A DNA stretch of 63,944 nt, counting the filler, from Octopus bimaculoides (taxonomy: Eukaryota), in assembly GCF_001194135.2 (NCBI RefSeq). It is 5 parts of 5 records of this genome, joined end to end, with 100 filler letters (N's around TTAATTAATTAA, not from the genome) between each part and the next. Parts side by side here need not be neighbours in the genome. Positions count along the whole stretch, not along the records: positions 1 to 16,816 come from NC_068986.1; 4 more parts are not named here. One strand, given 5' to 3'. A model generated the notes under the pieces. The model was not told the DNA's origin, did no database searches, and saw nothing but the letters and a program-made list of their open reading frames with translations. The translations under genes and the position numbers were made by a program. Below are positions 1-12,860 of this stretch, in pieces; position 1 is the first letter of the stretch, and the number at the start of each line of letters is the position of its first letter.

Positions 1-63
<63 letters not shown>

Positions 64-118
64 TAGAGAGAGAAAGAGAAAGTGAGAGAGAGAGAGGGAG
101 AAGGAGATACGTAGTACA

Positions 119-150
<32 letters not shown>

Positions 151-180
151 GACATACATACGTACATACATATATGTATA
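1..180. repeat. (GA)n followed by (TACA)n microsatellites
   Basis: Direct reading of the sequence. Confidence 0.97.
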
Positions 181-523
181 TAGGTAATATTTAAAATTAA
201 AGTTAGGGGACTTTAAAATGTAGTATCCAAACCTTGTTTTGGGTATTTCTCTAGTAGTGTGCCTTGAGACCACGTTGCCACGAATGATACGCATGACCAA
301 CCACCAAAGACCTCCACACACTTAAGAGCGCTTTTCATTCAAAAGCCATTCTGACTTTCCCATTTGTTCTTTGTATTTGATTTTTTGCTTTCTTTACCTG
401 CCACTCCCATCCTGCCTCATTCATGGATTTGTGAATTACTATTAACGCACGCATCCTAACAACTTCATCTTGCCACTTACAATAGCGAAATGTACATATT
501 ATAACACTCTAGTGTGTTATGTA

Positions 524-625
524 ACCTGATGAGGTTTCTTCTGCACTGTGGGGTGCATTCGATTTCATTATATCGTTCTCCACCCACTACGGAGCAGTGC
601 AGATGTAAGCCGAAATGATCGTCGT
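524..625 (+). ncRNA. Type I hammerhead ribozyme motif with long stem II and weak stem I
   Basis: CTGATGA 526-532. Stem II GGTTT/AAGCC plus TCTGCACTG/CAGTGCAGA plus GTGGGGTG/CACCCAC. GAAA 612-615, palindromic GATC stem III, GTC triplet 621-623. Stem I is only 2 bp. Confidence 0.6.
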
Positions 626-681
626 GCTAAATAAAGCTTACAGTACACTCTATCTTCCCTATCAATCATTTATAATATTAT

Positions 682-682
<1 letters not shown>

Positions 683-732
<50 letters not shown>
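683..732. repeat. (CA)n microsatellite, representative of dozens of CA/TA/GA/ATGT tracts that border most N gaps
   Basis: Direct reading. Confidence 0.97.
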
Positions 733-735
<3 letters not shown>

Positions 736-1078
736 GTATTAATATGTATAGAGATACACGCNNNNNNNNNNNNNNNNNNNNNNNNNNNNNNNNNNNNNNN
801 NNNNNNNNNNNNNNNNNNNNNNNNNNNNNNNNNNNNNNNNNNNNNNNNNNNNNNNNNNNNNNNNNNNNNNNNNNNNNNNNNNNNNNNNNNNNNNNNNNNN
901 NNNNNNNNNNNNNNNNNNNNNNNNNTATATATACTTCACATTCATGTATGTAATGTATGTGTATATGTCTGTCTGTGTATGTATGTGTGTGCATGCACAC
1001 ACACACAAATATACATACATATATGTATACATACATTACATACACACACATACACATATGCACACACACGCGCATATA

Positions 1079-1119
<41 letters not shown>

Positions 1120-1312
1120 TATATGCTAACGATTTTGACATTTTCTGTCCTAAATTTTTGATCATCGGCTCATATCATTTATATTCAAAATGTCTTCAAG
1201 GTTGATGTTACTGATGTTATCACTTGTACATTTTTACCACTTATGAAATCAGCGCGTGATTTCTACGGTAATCTTATAAACTGACAAGACGAATTTAGTT
1301 TAACCTTTGGCG

Positions 1313-1378
1313 CCGGGTGAGAGCCACTGATGAGCATTAATAAAAATGCGAAATCACTGGTGACCTGGCTACGCCCGG
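1313..1378 (+). ncRNA. Extended type I hammerhead ribozyme with U16.1->C variant
   Basis: Stem I CCGGGTG/CGCCCGG + 2x1 internal loop + AGCCA/TGGCT. CTGATGA 1327-1333. Stem II GCATT/AATGC. GAAA 1350-1353. Stem III TCAC/GTGA. Cleavage triplet reads ACC (1363-1365) instead of NUH. Confidence 0.8.
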
Positions 1379-2084
1379 ATGATGAGGAAACATGCCTTCC
1401 TAGTCAGTCATTAAGATAAGTGATTTCTTGTGGCTATGAGTTGTTTTGACTCTTATTTCTAGCAATACTGGTGCTGACTAGTCTCCTTAACCACTTTAGT
1501 GACGTCTATATTTCTGACTTTCGTTTGTAAAATCTCGAATAAGCCACCCTCGGTTATGCGTGTTTATGTGTGTGTGTATGTGTTTATGTGTGTAGATGAG
1601 TATGCTTATGGTTGTCGAGTTGTGAGGTGTGTGCGTATTTATGTGTTGTATACGAGTATTACAGGTGACTGAGCCAACAAAATGTTGACCTGTTGCTCGA
1701 GAACTGCACTCCTCATTTCCAGTAAAGCTGTCAACGGCAATATAGTACGTTGTATACACTGCTTAGTACAAATGACAGTAAATAATTACAACGGAAGGAA
1801 GACGGGCGTTGTTGATTAAAACTTACGGTTATAAGCAGCAGTAAATCAGTAAAGTATGGGTTGTTGCTGTTGTCCTTACTGTTGTTATTGCCGTTGTTGT
1901 TGCTGTTGATGACCGACCCAAGTTGGACTTGATCAAACAGACCAGTAATAGAGGTCATTCTTGCAGCAATCAACTAGTATCTTATTTTTATTGATATTTT
2001 ATTATTTTTTTTTTGTCTTCTTTTCTTTCATAACAGTAGTGTATGAGTACCCTATTTTCTGATATATCCTTTTTTTTTTTTTTA

Positions 2085-2215
2085 ACGGGTGAAGTTTGAG
2101 GTGACGGAGATTCGGCTGCTATTTCCAGTACGTCGAATGACTACGAAGTGTCCTCTCGTTCGCACGTTATTCCAAACTATGTCACAACACCATGGATTTC
2201 CTTTCTACCTCATCC
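2085..2215. mobile_element. Fragment of a dispersed repeat family
   Basis: Motif ATT(C/T)GGCTGCTATTTC(C/T)AG recurs near 16563 and, degenerate, near 13370. Confidence 0.5.
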
Positions 2216-2542
2216 TAGAGTCTACTTGTTTACATTTCAACTATAAAGAACTTCCCACACTCGGTAGTTTTACTGACCTCTTGCTTTATATTCTTCTTCA
2301 TGTATTTGTTTTTCTCAATGTGCTGCATAAATATGTCATAATCTGACTTGATGCCTGTTGTCTGCCTGTCAATGCATATGCTCTGTTACACACGAGCCTG
2401 CTCGATCAGTACATTGTCGAAAGCTAATTTTCATGGAAGCAGCTATCACATCCCTGCATTTACAATTGGACTTTAGGCACAAATTCGACCTGATCACTAA
2501 TCGTGTGTACTTATTATCGTACGTGATTTGACATCGTATCAC

Positions 2543-2580
<38 letters not shown>

Positions 2581-3347
2581 TATATTACACAGAAAATGGA
2601 AATGCATACACAGAATAATCAATATATTGAATAATGTGTAAGCATTCTCCATTTTCTTTGTATTGTTAAAATGTTTTCCTATATCGAAAAGATGGAAACA
2701 TCTATAGCGACAACTGGAATTTCAAAAGTGTAAAGTACTAATATTAAAGAAGAACCAACGATAAACATTAGTACAGTATCCACGTAAAGACTCGCTCATG
2801 TATATACATGCTAACATGTGTGTAATATGCTGTTGTGGTTGTTGTTGTTGTTGTTGCTGTTAAACTCCAGGTCAATCCTAACAGAACATGTATGTGTTTG
2901 TGTGTGTGTGTGTGTGCGCGCGCGCGCGCGTGTGTGTGTGTGCGCGTGTGTGCGTGCGTGTGTGATATACACACACGATACATAACACACATATATATAT
3001 CGACCGCCTATTATATATTGTTTTCACGTTACAGGAACAGTCGTACTGTCACGACATCCATTAGTTAGCTGTCCTCTCAATATCAGTTATCTCAACGCTG
3101 TATACCAAACATCTGTCGTTCGATTGCCTTCAAATTCAGTTCAACAGACATCGATGCCTACCCGCTCTACATAACATAAATGCAGTGAGCTTTTGTGATA
3201 GCCATCTTCTCGTTTAATGGTTTCATTTGTCAAAGGTTATTTAAAAAATCTGTTTTTTTCACAAACTATCATAATTTTTATTCATTATTACTCATGTAAT
3301 TGTTTTCGGTTTATGATTTTGTGCTTAAATTCTAAAGGGCCCACCAA

Positions 3348-3475
3348 TGTAGCTTAATGGTTTGGATGTTGGACTCAAGATCACAAGGTAAAAGGTTCAA
3401 CTCCGAGACCATGTGATGCTTGGTGTTCTTGAGCAAGGCTCATTATTTTACGTGACTCCAACTGAAAATGAACAC
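3348..3475 (+). mobile_element. tRNA-derived SINE head (degenerate)
   Basis: A-box-like TAGCTTAATGG 3350-3360 and B-box-like GGTTCAACTCC 3394-3404, followed by a TTGAGCAAGG segment typical of SINE heads. No tRNA cloverleaf. Confidence 0.6.
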
Positions 3476-4635
3476 CACGCATTTGCTGGTGCAGCCTTCT
3501 TTTCTCCAAACTGTTAGATCCTTGATGATCCGCTAGCTCAAGTGTAGAAAGGCTGAGAAGATTTTATAGACACCTTAAATGACTAGTGAAAGCTTAGTAC
3601 AAGATATCAGGTCCTATTGTCTTATGAGTGACATTTGTGGTTATTGTTTTTTTTAAAGTAGGTATGGCTGTGTGATTAAGTCTTTCGCTTTGCTATATTT
3701 TTAGGTTCGATCGCATTGTGCAGCGTACACGGAATTTGTGGGTAAACCCACCAAAGCGGTCATCATTATTCGTGGGTGGTATATTTAATTGATATTCCTA
3801 TTTCACATCATTTGGTTCTTGGATGTCTTGAGCGGAGTGCATTCTGTTACAAGCATTTCGGTTGCGTCTTCGGTCTAAAGACAACCTTCTCTCTCACTCT
3901 CACTGATCTCCCACCAATCTCGGAACCCTTTAAAAGTGCCATTGGTGATATTTTTCTTCCTCTAATTAATCTAGTAAAAAAATTATCAACTTTACTTTTC
4001 TTCAACCAAGGTTCATGAAAATAGAAAGTAAACAAAGTATAGCGACAAATGTATTCCCTTGAACACCTTTGCGGCTCCAGCATAGCCGCGGTTCTATGAT
4101 TGAGATAAATATATACTAGAACAAAACAAAATATTGTGAGTTGGAGGTTATCGCAGCAGTAGTGTTGGGAAGCTGATTCAAGACTCATCCACATTTCTAA
4201 TTTCTAATTAGAAACTGCTTAGCTTTGCTCTGACACATGGTAGCGATACAACTCTGCGGTTGTGCGGGTGGGTGGATTTTGGCATGGGCGAGGAGGAAGA
4301 GCAGGTCATAACAAGATGATGTGGTGTGGTTTGATGTGATGTGATGTAAAGAGTAGAGGGAGGAGGTGATGGGGTTGAAATGATGGATGATTATGTCTTA
4401 TGCTGTCAAAAGACGAAAAGGAAAGAAGACATCATTTTTGTATCCAAAGTGACATGTCACCGTAATAGGTCAGAAGCACCAATAGTATAGTAATAACAAT
4501 GAAACGGGTTCAATACCAGCACCTGATAGCGCAACCATGATTTTAGTTCTATTTCATTTTTATTAGGTATGTTTATTTGTTTTACTGTTTGTTAATTTTT
4601 TTCCATTTTTATGTCTGTTTTGATTTATTCCTATA

Positions 4636-4716
4636 TTTTTGTGTATGTGTTTATTTTGTATATGTATTTATTTTGTGTATGTATTTATTTTGTGTATGTA
4701 TTTATTTTGTGTGTAG
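4636..4716. repeat. 17-bp minisatellite (TTTATTTTGTGTATGTA), about 4-5 units
   Basis: Direct reading. Confidence 0.85.
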
Positions 4717-4901
4717 ATAAATGTTGGACGCGTGAGTATTTCTGTTTTTGCACTAGTGTGTGTATGTATGTACATGTGCTTCTGTTCGTGTGTGAATAAG
4801 ATTACTCTGTGTATGTGAGTATGTATGTGTGTGCTTGTATGTATATTTTTCTTTGTGTGTGTGTACATATCACTCTATTAATCAGTGTGTTTGATGTGTC
4901 C

Positions 4902-4971
<70 letters not shown>

Positions 4972-5669
4972 GTGTGTGTATGCAAGAGGGGAACTCCGAC
5001 GCGAAGGGAAACTTGGTTGAGGGTTGATAAAGATGTTATTTGATTTTTGAATTGCAAAGCTATGACAATTTTGTTGTTCTTGATGGACAACAGCAGTTGT
5101 TCATGAAAGAGTTGGTGCGGGTGACGGTCTCCATAATACCCTCATCATTTTATATTACAGTTCTTTGCGTAGGTCTTCAGTACAACAGATTGGTATTCAA
5201 TTGCTGTAACTGTTGTTGCGGCCCTGCAGTAGTGAGCCCGGTTAGTAATATTGTCTTTGTCGCTGTTATAGTTTTCTTGTTACCTCTTTGTTGCTGTTGT
5301 TGCCGTTGTTATTTGTTTCCCTGTTTCCTGTGATGATCACTGCACGAGATTACCATCTGTATCTTATAACTACTTGCTTTCTATACCTTTCCCTTCCCTT
5401 ACTCACACACACACACACGGTCTTTCTTTCTTTCTCTCTCCCTTTATATTTGTGTGTGTGTGCCTGTACTGAAAGAAGGTGATTCAAGAGGCATTTTAGC
5501 ATTTATATATATAGAATGCGTTTGTAGGCATGTATATGTCCTTTCTGTCTCACGCGGAATCTTTTTTCTACATGTATATACACAATATTTATATACATAT
5601 ATAAGCATATATATATATATATGCATATATACTCATATATGCATATATATATATATGAGTATATATGTG

Positions 5670-5704
<35 letters not shown>

Positions 5705-5947
5705 TGTATGTGCACGTGTGTGTGTAAGAATGTACTGTACAAACATTCTAAACGAAATCACGTGTAACATTTCTGTTGTTGCTCGAAAGATATCTAAAGA
5801 AAAACTCAGAGTACAAGACACGGAGAAAATCATTAGGTTTGTACCAATAAGTATATTGTATAACATGAATTCAGTACTTTTCGTCTTTTTAAACAAAATA
5901 TGTATGTGCCTATCTCATTTCTCCCTACATTTCTCTCCCTCTTTCTG

Positions 5948-5988
<41 letters not shown>

Positions 5989-6063
5989 ATATATGCACAC
6001 ACACGCACACACATAAATACACACATGTATACACATATCTATCAATATACAGATAGACACATG

Positions 6064-6101
<38 letters not shown>

Positions 6102-6119
6102 CTCATATGTTTAAGTATT

Positions 6120-6151
<32 letters not shown>

Positions 6152-7084
6152 TGTATGTATGTATATATATATATATATATANNNNNNNNNNNNNNNNNNN
6201 NNNNNNNNNNNNNNNNNNNNNNNNNNNNNNNNNNNNNNNNNNNNNNNNNNNNNNNNNNNNNNNNNNNNNNNNNNNNNNNNNNNNNNNNNNNNNNNNNNNN
6301 NNNNNGAAATAGGGAAATTAATATATAGACATCAATCTATTTGAACAAATTCCATTCAGCATAACATCAGATTCTTTACACCTACAGCTGTTTCCATACC
6401 CTATTAATTTAACTTGAGGAATTAGATTGAATTGAATGAAATTTTCATAACGAATATCGTAAACTTGGTAATTCGTCAGTCGAGAGAATTTGTTAGAAAG
6501 GAGCTACATTCCAACGTATTGGTTGAGCTTTGATAGACTCAGATATGTGTGTTTTAGCAACAGGTGTATTTTTAAAAAAAGTGTTACTATTTCTATGTAT
6601 TTCTGCATGTGTGTGTTAAAGTGTTGAAAGCTACGAAATGATGACGAATCAAAACTGCTTACTAATTACCATAGCTGCATAAAACCTCATCGATGTAAGT
6701 GAACAATAGTGAGAAAAGAAAAGAACGATCAAATCGAAGAAAACAAAAATATTAACAAGACAAATTAATAAATTAATAAAATTTAACCAATATTAAATTA
6801 ATGCACTGTATCTCTAACTTAAATTAATTAACCATTCATAAGCTATAATTATAGATAGTATAATAGTCAGTGTTTCTGTTAAAAATATATATATAATTCT
6901 AATATATTCTCGAGGTACGTGTCTAAATTAAATTTTCGGTAAACTATATATAACATATACTACCGTTACCTGTACATAACACCTTATATTCATAATATAT
7001 TCATAATAACCATTTAATTTATACTTAATATTAATACAATATACGTTTTAGTTATTGATGTAAGCATATTAATCATGAGGTACC

Positions 7085-8295
7085 GCCTGATTCAAGGTTC
7101 AAGTGACCTTACAGTTATACCTAATTTATTCTTTAAATTAGATTTAATGGTAATTTCTGAAAACACATTTACAGGCGTGAACACGTCAAAAACCTGTCTT
7201 CCTCCTCGCATTCGGGAGTCGACGCCTTGAATGCAAGATTTGAAAAAGTTCCTCTGTACAGAAAAAACAAAAGGCGTTTCCAACTTTATAGGCACTTCCA
7301 ATAGTTCCAATAGATTACTTCCAATACTTAAGATTGGAGTTAGGCTTGTGGTATGGTACATTGCTGCCAGTTATGAGATTCAGATTAACATCTAGGAAGT
7401 TAACCGATTCATGTTCATTTTCAATTGTTATGGAGGGTCCGAGCTTTTTTAAAAGCCTATAAAATTTCATCTTATATACTTCTAATTTTCTACTAGATAG
7501 GTTTCTGATTGCAAAAAGAGCATCATACTTATAAAGACCTCCCGAAAGTTCAGGAAAATCCCTTCCTAAAATAAAAAGAATATAAATACCTATTAAATCT
7601 GTAATTTGGGCAGAATCTGCGGAACCCATAGCAATATCAAAGCCGTCATGACTATCTTCTTAACCCAATACTGATTTTCAAACTCTATAACCATTCTTCT
7701 GACAGCTAAAATGACTTTAATTTCCTCCATATTTAAATTTGAGTTTTTTTCTCGTGGACAAAAGGGCCTTGTTTAAAACTATTTCTTTAATTGAAAAGTA
7801 ATAAATGTCAATATCTATTTCTATAAATTTATATCTACTTTTGTATTTAATACTGTTAAACCAATTTATTACTTTGTAGTTATTAGACCAAAGTTGCAAC
7901 CTTATCTTTTCTTTAAGGACCGGTATATACTTATCCCAAATAGCCTTACTGAGTTTACCCAAGATAGATTTCCCCAGGGAAATCAAGCTAACCTTAAGGT
8001 TTCCATAAAATTTGTCCTTGTAATCCTTTAAAATAAATTTAGGTATTTTAGGAACAAAAGGTTCAGTTCTATCATCCAATTTGTAATTTTCCATGATCTG
8101 CTTAGAAATAAAGTTGGTCGTTCTTATGTGAGAAAAAGGAAATAGAAAAAATAATATACTCTTTTTAGATATTTTATAATTTTTAGTAATTTCTTTCTTT
8201 AAATGTTCATGGTAGTAATTTATACCCAGATTATACAAGTTGCCTGACGAAATACCCAATTTACGATATTCAAAATCAAAATGTAATTTAATTCT
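7085..8295 (-). mobile_element. Penelope-like element reverse transcriptase pseudogene, copy 1
   Basis: Motifs LKDYKDKF, LWSNNYKVINWFNSI, FDIAMGSADSAQITDLIG and VNFLDVNLNL..PYHKP. Catalytic YxDD has decayed to YKYD. Two frameshifts near 7640-7730. The 5' part is lost in a gap. Confidence 0.88.
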
Positions 8296-8734
8296 NNNNN
8301 NNNNNNNNNNNNNNNNNNNNNNNNNNNNNNNNNNNNNNNNNNNNNNNNNNNNNNNNNNNNNNNNNNNNNNNNNNNNNNNNNNNNNNNNNNNNNNNNNNNN
8401 NNNNNNNNNNNNNNNNNNNNNNNNNNNNNNNNNNNNNNNNNNNNNNNNNNNNNNNNNNNNNNNNNNNNNNNNNNNNNNNNNNNNNNNNNNNNNNNNNNNN
8501 NNNNNNNNNNNNNNNNNNNNNNNNNNNNNNNNNNNNNNNNNNNNNNNNNNNNNNNNNNNNNNNNNNNNNNNNNNNNNNNNNNNNNNNNNNNNNNNNNNNN
8601 NNNNNNNNNNNNNNNNNNNNNNNNNNNNNNNNNNNNNNNNNNNNNNNNNNNNNNNNNNNNNNNNNNNNNNNNNNNNNNNNNNNNNTATATATATATATAT
8701 ATGTATATACATATATATATACATACATACAAAC

Positions 8735-8765
<31 letters not shown>

Positions 8766-8796
8766 CACACACATATACGAAACCAAATGGGTTAAT

Positions 8797-9119
8797 GGTT
8801 CACTACAGCTGTTTCAGACGAATTCTTATTGATGAATAATTCAATTGCATCATTAAAAAAAAACCTTTCCTTTAGGTGAGCTAAAAATTAACAATTTGCT
8901 TCTGAGAAAAAAGTAGCAAGATACGGAATGTGGATTGACCCGCTCATTTGAGCAACTGTTGCGGAAATGAGAGGGTCAATCAACATTTCACATCTATTTT
9001 CTCCGAACCAAATTTTTAATTTTTAGTTCATCTGAAGAAAATGTTTTTCTGTTTTCTTTTTCATGATGTAATTGAATTATTGATCAATAAGAATGCGTCT
9101 GAGACAGCTGTAGTGTACC
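8797..9119. mobile_element. Inverted repeat with about 130-140 bp arms, flanked by TTAA; each arm contains a decayed hammerhead-like motif
   Basis: GGTTCACTACAGCTGTTTCAGACG... versus ...GCGTCTGAGACAGCTGTAGTGTACC. Plus arm: GTTCAT-CTGAAGA(9032-9038)...GAGA-CAGCTG-TA-GTGTAC. Minus arm: GCTCAC-CTAAAGG...GAAA-CAGCTG-TA-GTGAAC. Confidence 0.75.
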
Positions 9120-9686
9120 TTTAATCCATTTGTGTTCTTATGTTATGTAAACCCTTGGAACATTCACTATGTTGGATCTGGAACTTACATTTAATCATAA
9201 AACTGCATGCCGGTGTGCATGGGTGTATAAGTATATGTACATGTATATTTATAAGTACCTGAATGTTTGAGTGTGCATGTATATGTGTAACTGTATGAAT
9301 ATGTCCGTACATGCATGTTTATATACGGGCATGTTTGTATATGATATATACATGGATGTGCAGATCTCGACCATCGCTTGGTGTCCTGAAGACTGGTTTC
9401 AAATTTTGGCACACAGTCAGCGACACGGTTGTCGGAGCTGTAATGCCATACCTTGTCACCTTAAATACTCGTGCCTTCGTATTCTGTGTAAGTTTGCTCA
9501 GTCAATATACAAATATCTCTATATCTATGCATGAGTGCTCATCGTCTGAATATTTTCAATCTTTATTTTCTCTTTCTTTTCATGTATATATATATGTATT
9601 TTATATATCTAGCCCAAGCGGTTTTATTTGTTCACGTGTATCATTCTCTTTCTATCCCTCTCTTTTTCTCTATCTCTCTCTCTCTG

Positions 9687-9775
<89 letters not shown>

Positions 9776-10094
9776 GTGTACATGTGTCTGTGTATGTATG
9801 TGTGTCTATCTTTGTGTCTGTGTTTGTTCTCCAGCGACCGCTTGATAACTAGTGTTGTTTTCTTTACGTTACTGTAACTTAATGACAAAAGAGACGGATA
9901 GAATAAGGAGTAGACTTAAAAAAAAAAGTTCAGGGGTCACTTTATTCAACTAAAATTTTTCAAAGGCATACCCTCGCACTGACTAATGACTGAAAAAAGT
10001 AAAAGATTATACAGATATACATACACACATGCACGTGCGCACGCACACATACACACACAACACACACACACACACAACACACACATATTGTTCG

Positions 10095-10318
10095 GTCAGC
10101 AGAAGAATTGCTACTCACAAATTAACTTGTAATTGTGTGAGCTTTCTATAGACACCTGCGCTCTTAACGTACTCCTCAGTTTGAATTAGGTTGCATACAG
10201 TTCTTGTGCAGAGTCGACCCGATGCCACAGAAAATGAGATTAGCTGAAGGTGCGACGCAGCAGATTCGAAACCAATTGCAAAACTGTTGAACCATTCGAC
10301 TATATTGCGCCTTCACAC
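10095..10318 (-). mobile_element. Degenerate tRNA-derived SINE
   Basis: 5' end TGTGAAGGCGCAAT matches the head of the SINE at 14172 (TGTGGAGGCGCAAT). B-box-like GGTTTCGAATC. Confidence 0.5.
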
Positions 10319-10379
10319 AGACGCACATACACACACACACACACATACACACACGCGCGCCCGAACGCATATTATATAT

Positions 10380-10421
<42 letters not shown>

Positions 10422-10710
10422 NNNNNNNNNNTGTTTGCGTGTGTATATATGTGTGTATGTGTGCGTGTGTGTTTTCCAATCCCAAATCATGTGATTATAT
10501 TCGTGTTGCCTGAGAAGTAAAGGGCAGTTCTCCAACCTGTCATTGTATTCTCCTCAATCAATAATCAAAATAACGATTCTTGTGTTGGAGATAATTCGCT
10601 TTGTACTAAGCCAAACCATACATCTCCATCCCACCATCAACCATTGTCTCCCTCTCGCTCCCTCCCACTTTCTCTCTTTTTCTCTTTCTTACTCTCTCTC
10701 CTATGCGCTC

Positions 10711-10757
<47 letters not shown>

Positions 10758-11259
10758 GGCACGCTCTTTCCTTCTCCAATAAATTTTAATTCTCTTTCTA
10801 GTAAACTTAGCTCGTATTCCTATTTTATATTTTTACTTAGTACTTTCTTTGTCTTTATTTCTTGATTGCTTTAACTTTCCCTGAAAATTTGTGGTTGTAT
10901 GAATCTATGTATGTATATATATGTATGTATGTATGTAATTATATATATATATCACCCACGCTCAATGCACACACGCACACACACACACACACACACAAAC
11001 ACGCACATATATACAAACAGTCTTGTACCTGCTATATACATGCACCGAACCGCATATATTCCCAAACATATACACTTATACCTTCACCTTACAACATTTT
11101 TATTTCCTGTGGTTGCACATATATTTATGTCTTCTTCCTTTATCCCAAACCGTTCTCTTCCTTATTTTTCGCCTTCCTTAATTTAAGTAACATATGCGGA
11201 GAAGAATATAAATATTCTGCTTCTCCAAACAACAGTCTATCGTTATACTTCTCAATTTT

Positions 11260-12177
11260 CGTTCATTCATTCAATTATTCTTTCTTTCTTTGCTTTTTCT
11301 TTCTCCCTTTTGCTCTTTCATTCATTCATTCATTCATTATTTATTTATCTATTTCACTTTTCAAAACTTTGTATTCACTCTTACTGATTAATTAATGCAT
11401 TTATTATATTTCATGCATTCCTTCATTCTCTCTCTTTCCTTTATGGTATTTCTTTCTCCATTCCCTTTTTATTTCTTTATATTTTCTATTATTTCTCTTT
11501 CTTGCATCTGTCTTTCTTTCTTTTTTTCTTTCTTTTTTTTCTTTCTTTTTGTATTTCTTCTTTTCTTTTATTATTTCTTTCATATTTATTTTTATTTCAC
11601 TCTTTCTTCTGTCCGTTTTTCTTTCACTCTTTCATTTTTCGATTTTCATTTCTTTCATTTTCTGGCTAATTCATTTATTTGTTTATTCAACATAAATTTA
11701 TTCGTTCGTTTTCTAACGCTTTTTTTTTCATTCCTTTTCCCTGTTACTTTTTCGTTCTTTCTTTCTTTCATTTTTTTCTTTCGCTTGCTTCTTTTCTTTC
11801 TTTCTTCTTTTTATATCTTCTATTTGTCACTCTGTTTTTTGTCTTTCTGGGATTTTCCCCTGCTATTTTCTTTCTATCTCGTTTTCTTTCCTTCATTCTT
11901 TTTCTCTTACATTTTCTTTCCTTTCACTCTCTCTTTTTGGCAGTCTGTCTTTATTCCTCATATCTCTTTCTTTCAGATTTCTTTCTCTCTTACAGCTATC
12001 TTCCCTTCTTTCTTTCTTTCTTTCTTTCTGTTTTTGCTTCTTTCTTTCTTTCTTTCTCTTCTCCCAATTACCAAACCTATTTATTCACACTTACCTCTAT
12101 GTTTCTCCATTCCTCTCTATCACTACCGTAGCCAACCTAACCTTTTCTGTTACTTCTACTTTTTCACTTTTCGCCAG

Positions 12178-12250
<73 letters not shown>
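11260..12250. repeat. About 0.9 kb T/C-rich low-complexity tract ending in (AAT)n at 12178-12250
   Basis: Direct reading. A similar tract lies at 59150-59740. Confidence 0.9.
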
Positions 12251-12251
<1 letters not shown>

Positions 12252-12780
12252 CTACTCAACGACCGACATTTCTATTATATTCCACGGTCCAGTGCACTAA
12301 GAAGCGTACACTTGGTTAGGCGGAAGCTATTATATACAGTTCTTCATTCCAACGAGTTTTTGGCAATTTTCGAGTGCATAAGTCACAAAGCCAAAGAACC
12401 AATTGGTATTTGGAGAACGGGAGAGTGATGTTGGGTAGCGGAGAGTCTCCGAGGTGAGCTCTGATAGGTAAGGTATGTGAGTGTATGCGTATGAGTATGC
12501 GTGTGTGGGTGATGCTGGTTTGTTGGTGGGGAAAAATACGCAAGGAAGCTTAAGTAAACTGGAACGAACATTGAAACCTGGTGATGGACATTAAGTAAAA
12601 TCTTCTAGACGATTACGGTTGCTGATGTCTCGTAAATACTATTATTGATATAACGATGTCTCTTTACACACATACACACGTAACACACGTATATGTGTAT
12701 GTGTGTGTGTCTGCGTGTGCGTGCGCACGTGAGAAAATGTGCTTACATATATATTAATTCAAATCTACATCTATCTATCT

Positions 12781-12860
<80 letters not shown>

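Noticed and set aside
6380-6480. Minus-strand CTGACGA ... GAAACAGCTGTA hammerhead candidate
   Set aside because: Stem I does not pair and stem II lacks a closing pair. At best a remnant.
7085-8295. Selenocysteine-recoded (Naiad-type) PLE ORF
   Set aside because: Interruptions in both RT copies are mainly frameshifts, not a pattern of in-frame TGA codons, and the catalytic motif of copy 1 is mutated.
11395-12300. 301-aa F/L/S-rich ORF resembling a membrane protein
   Set aside because: It is a by-product of a T/C-rich low-complexity tract that cannot form stop codons easily.
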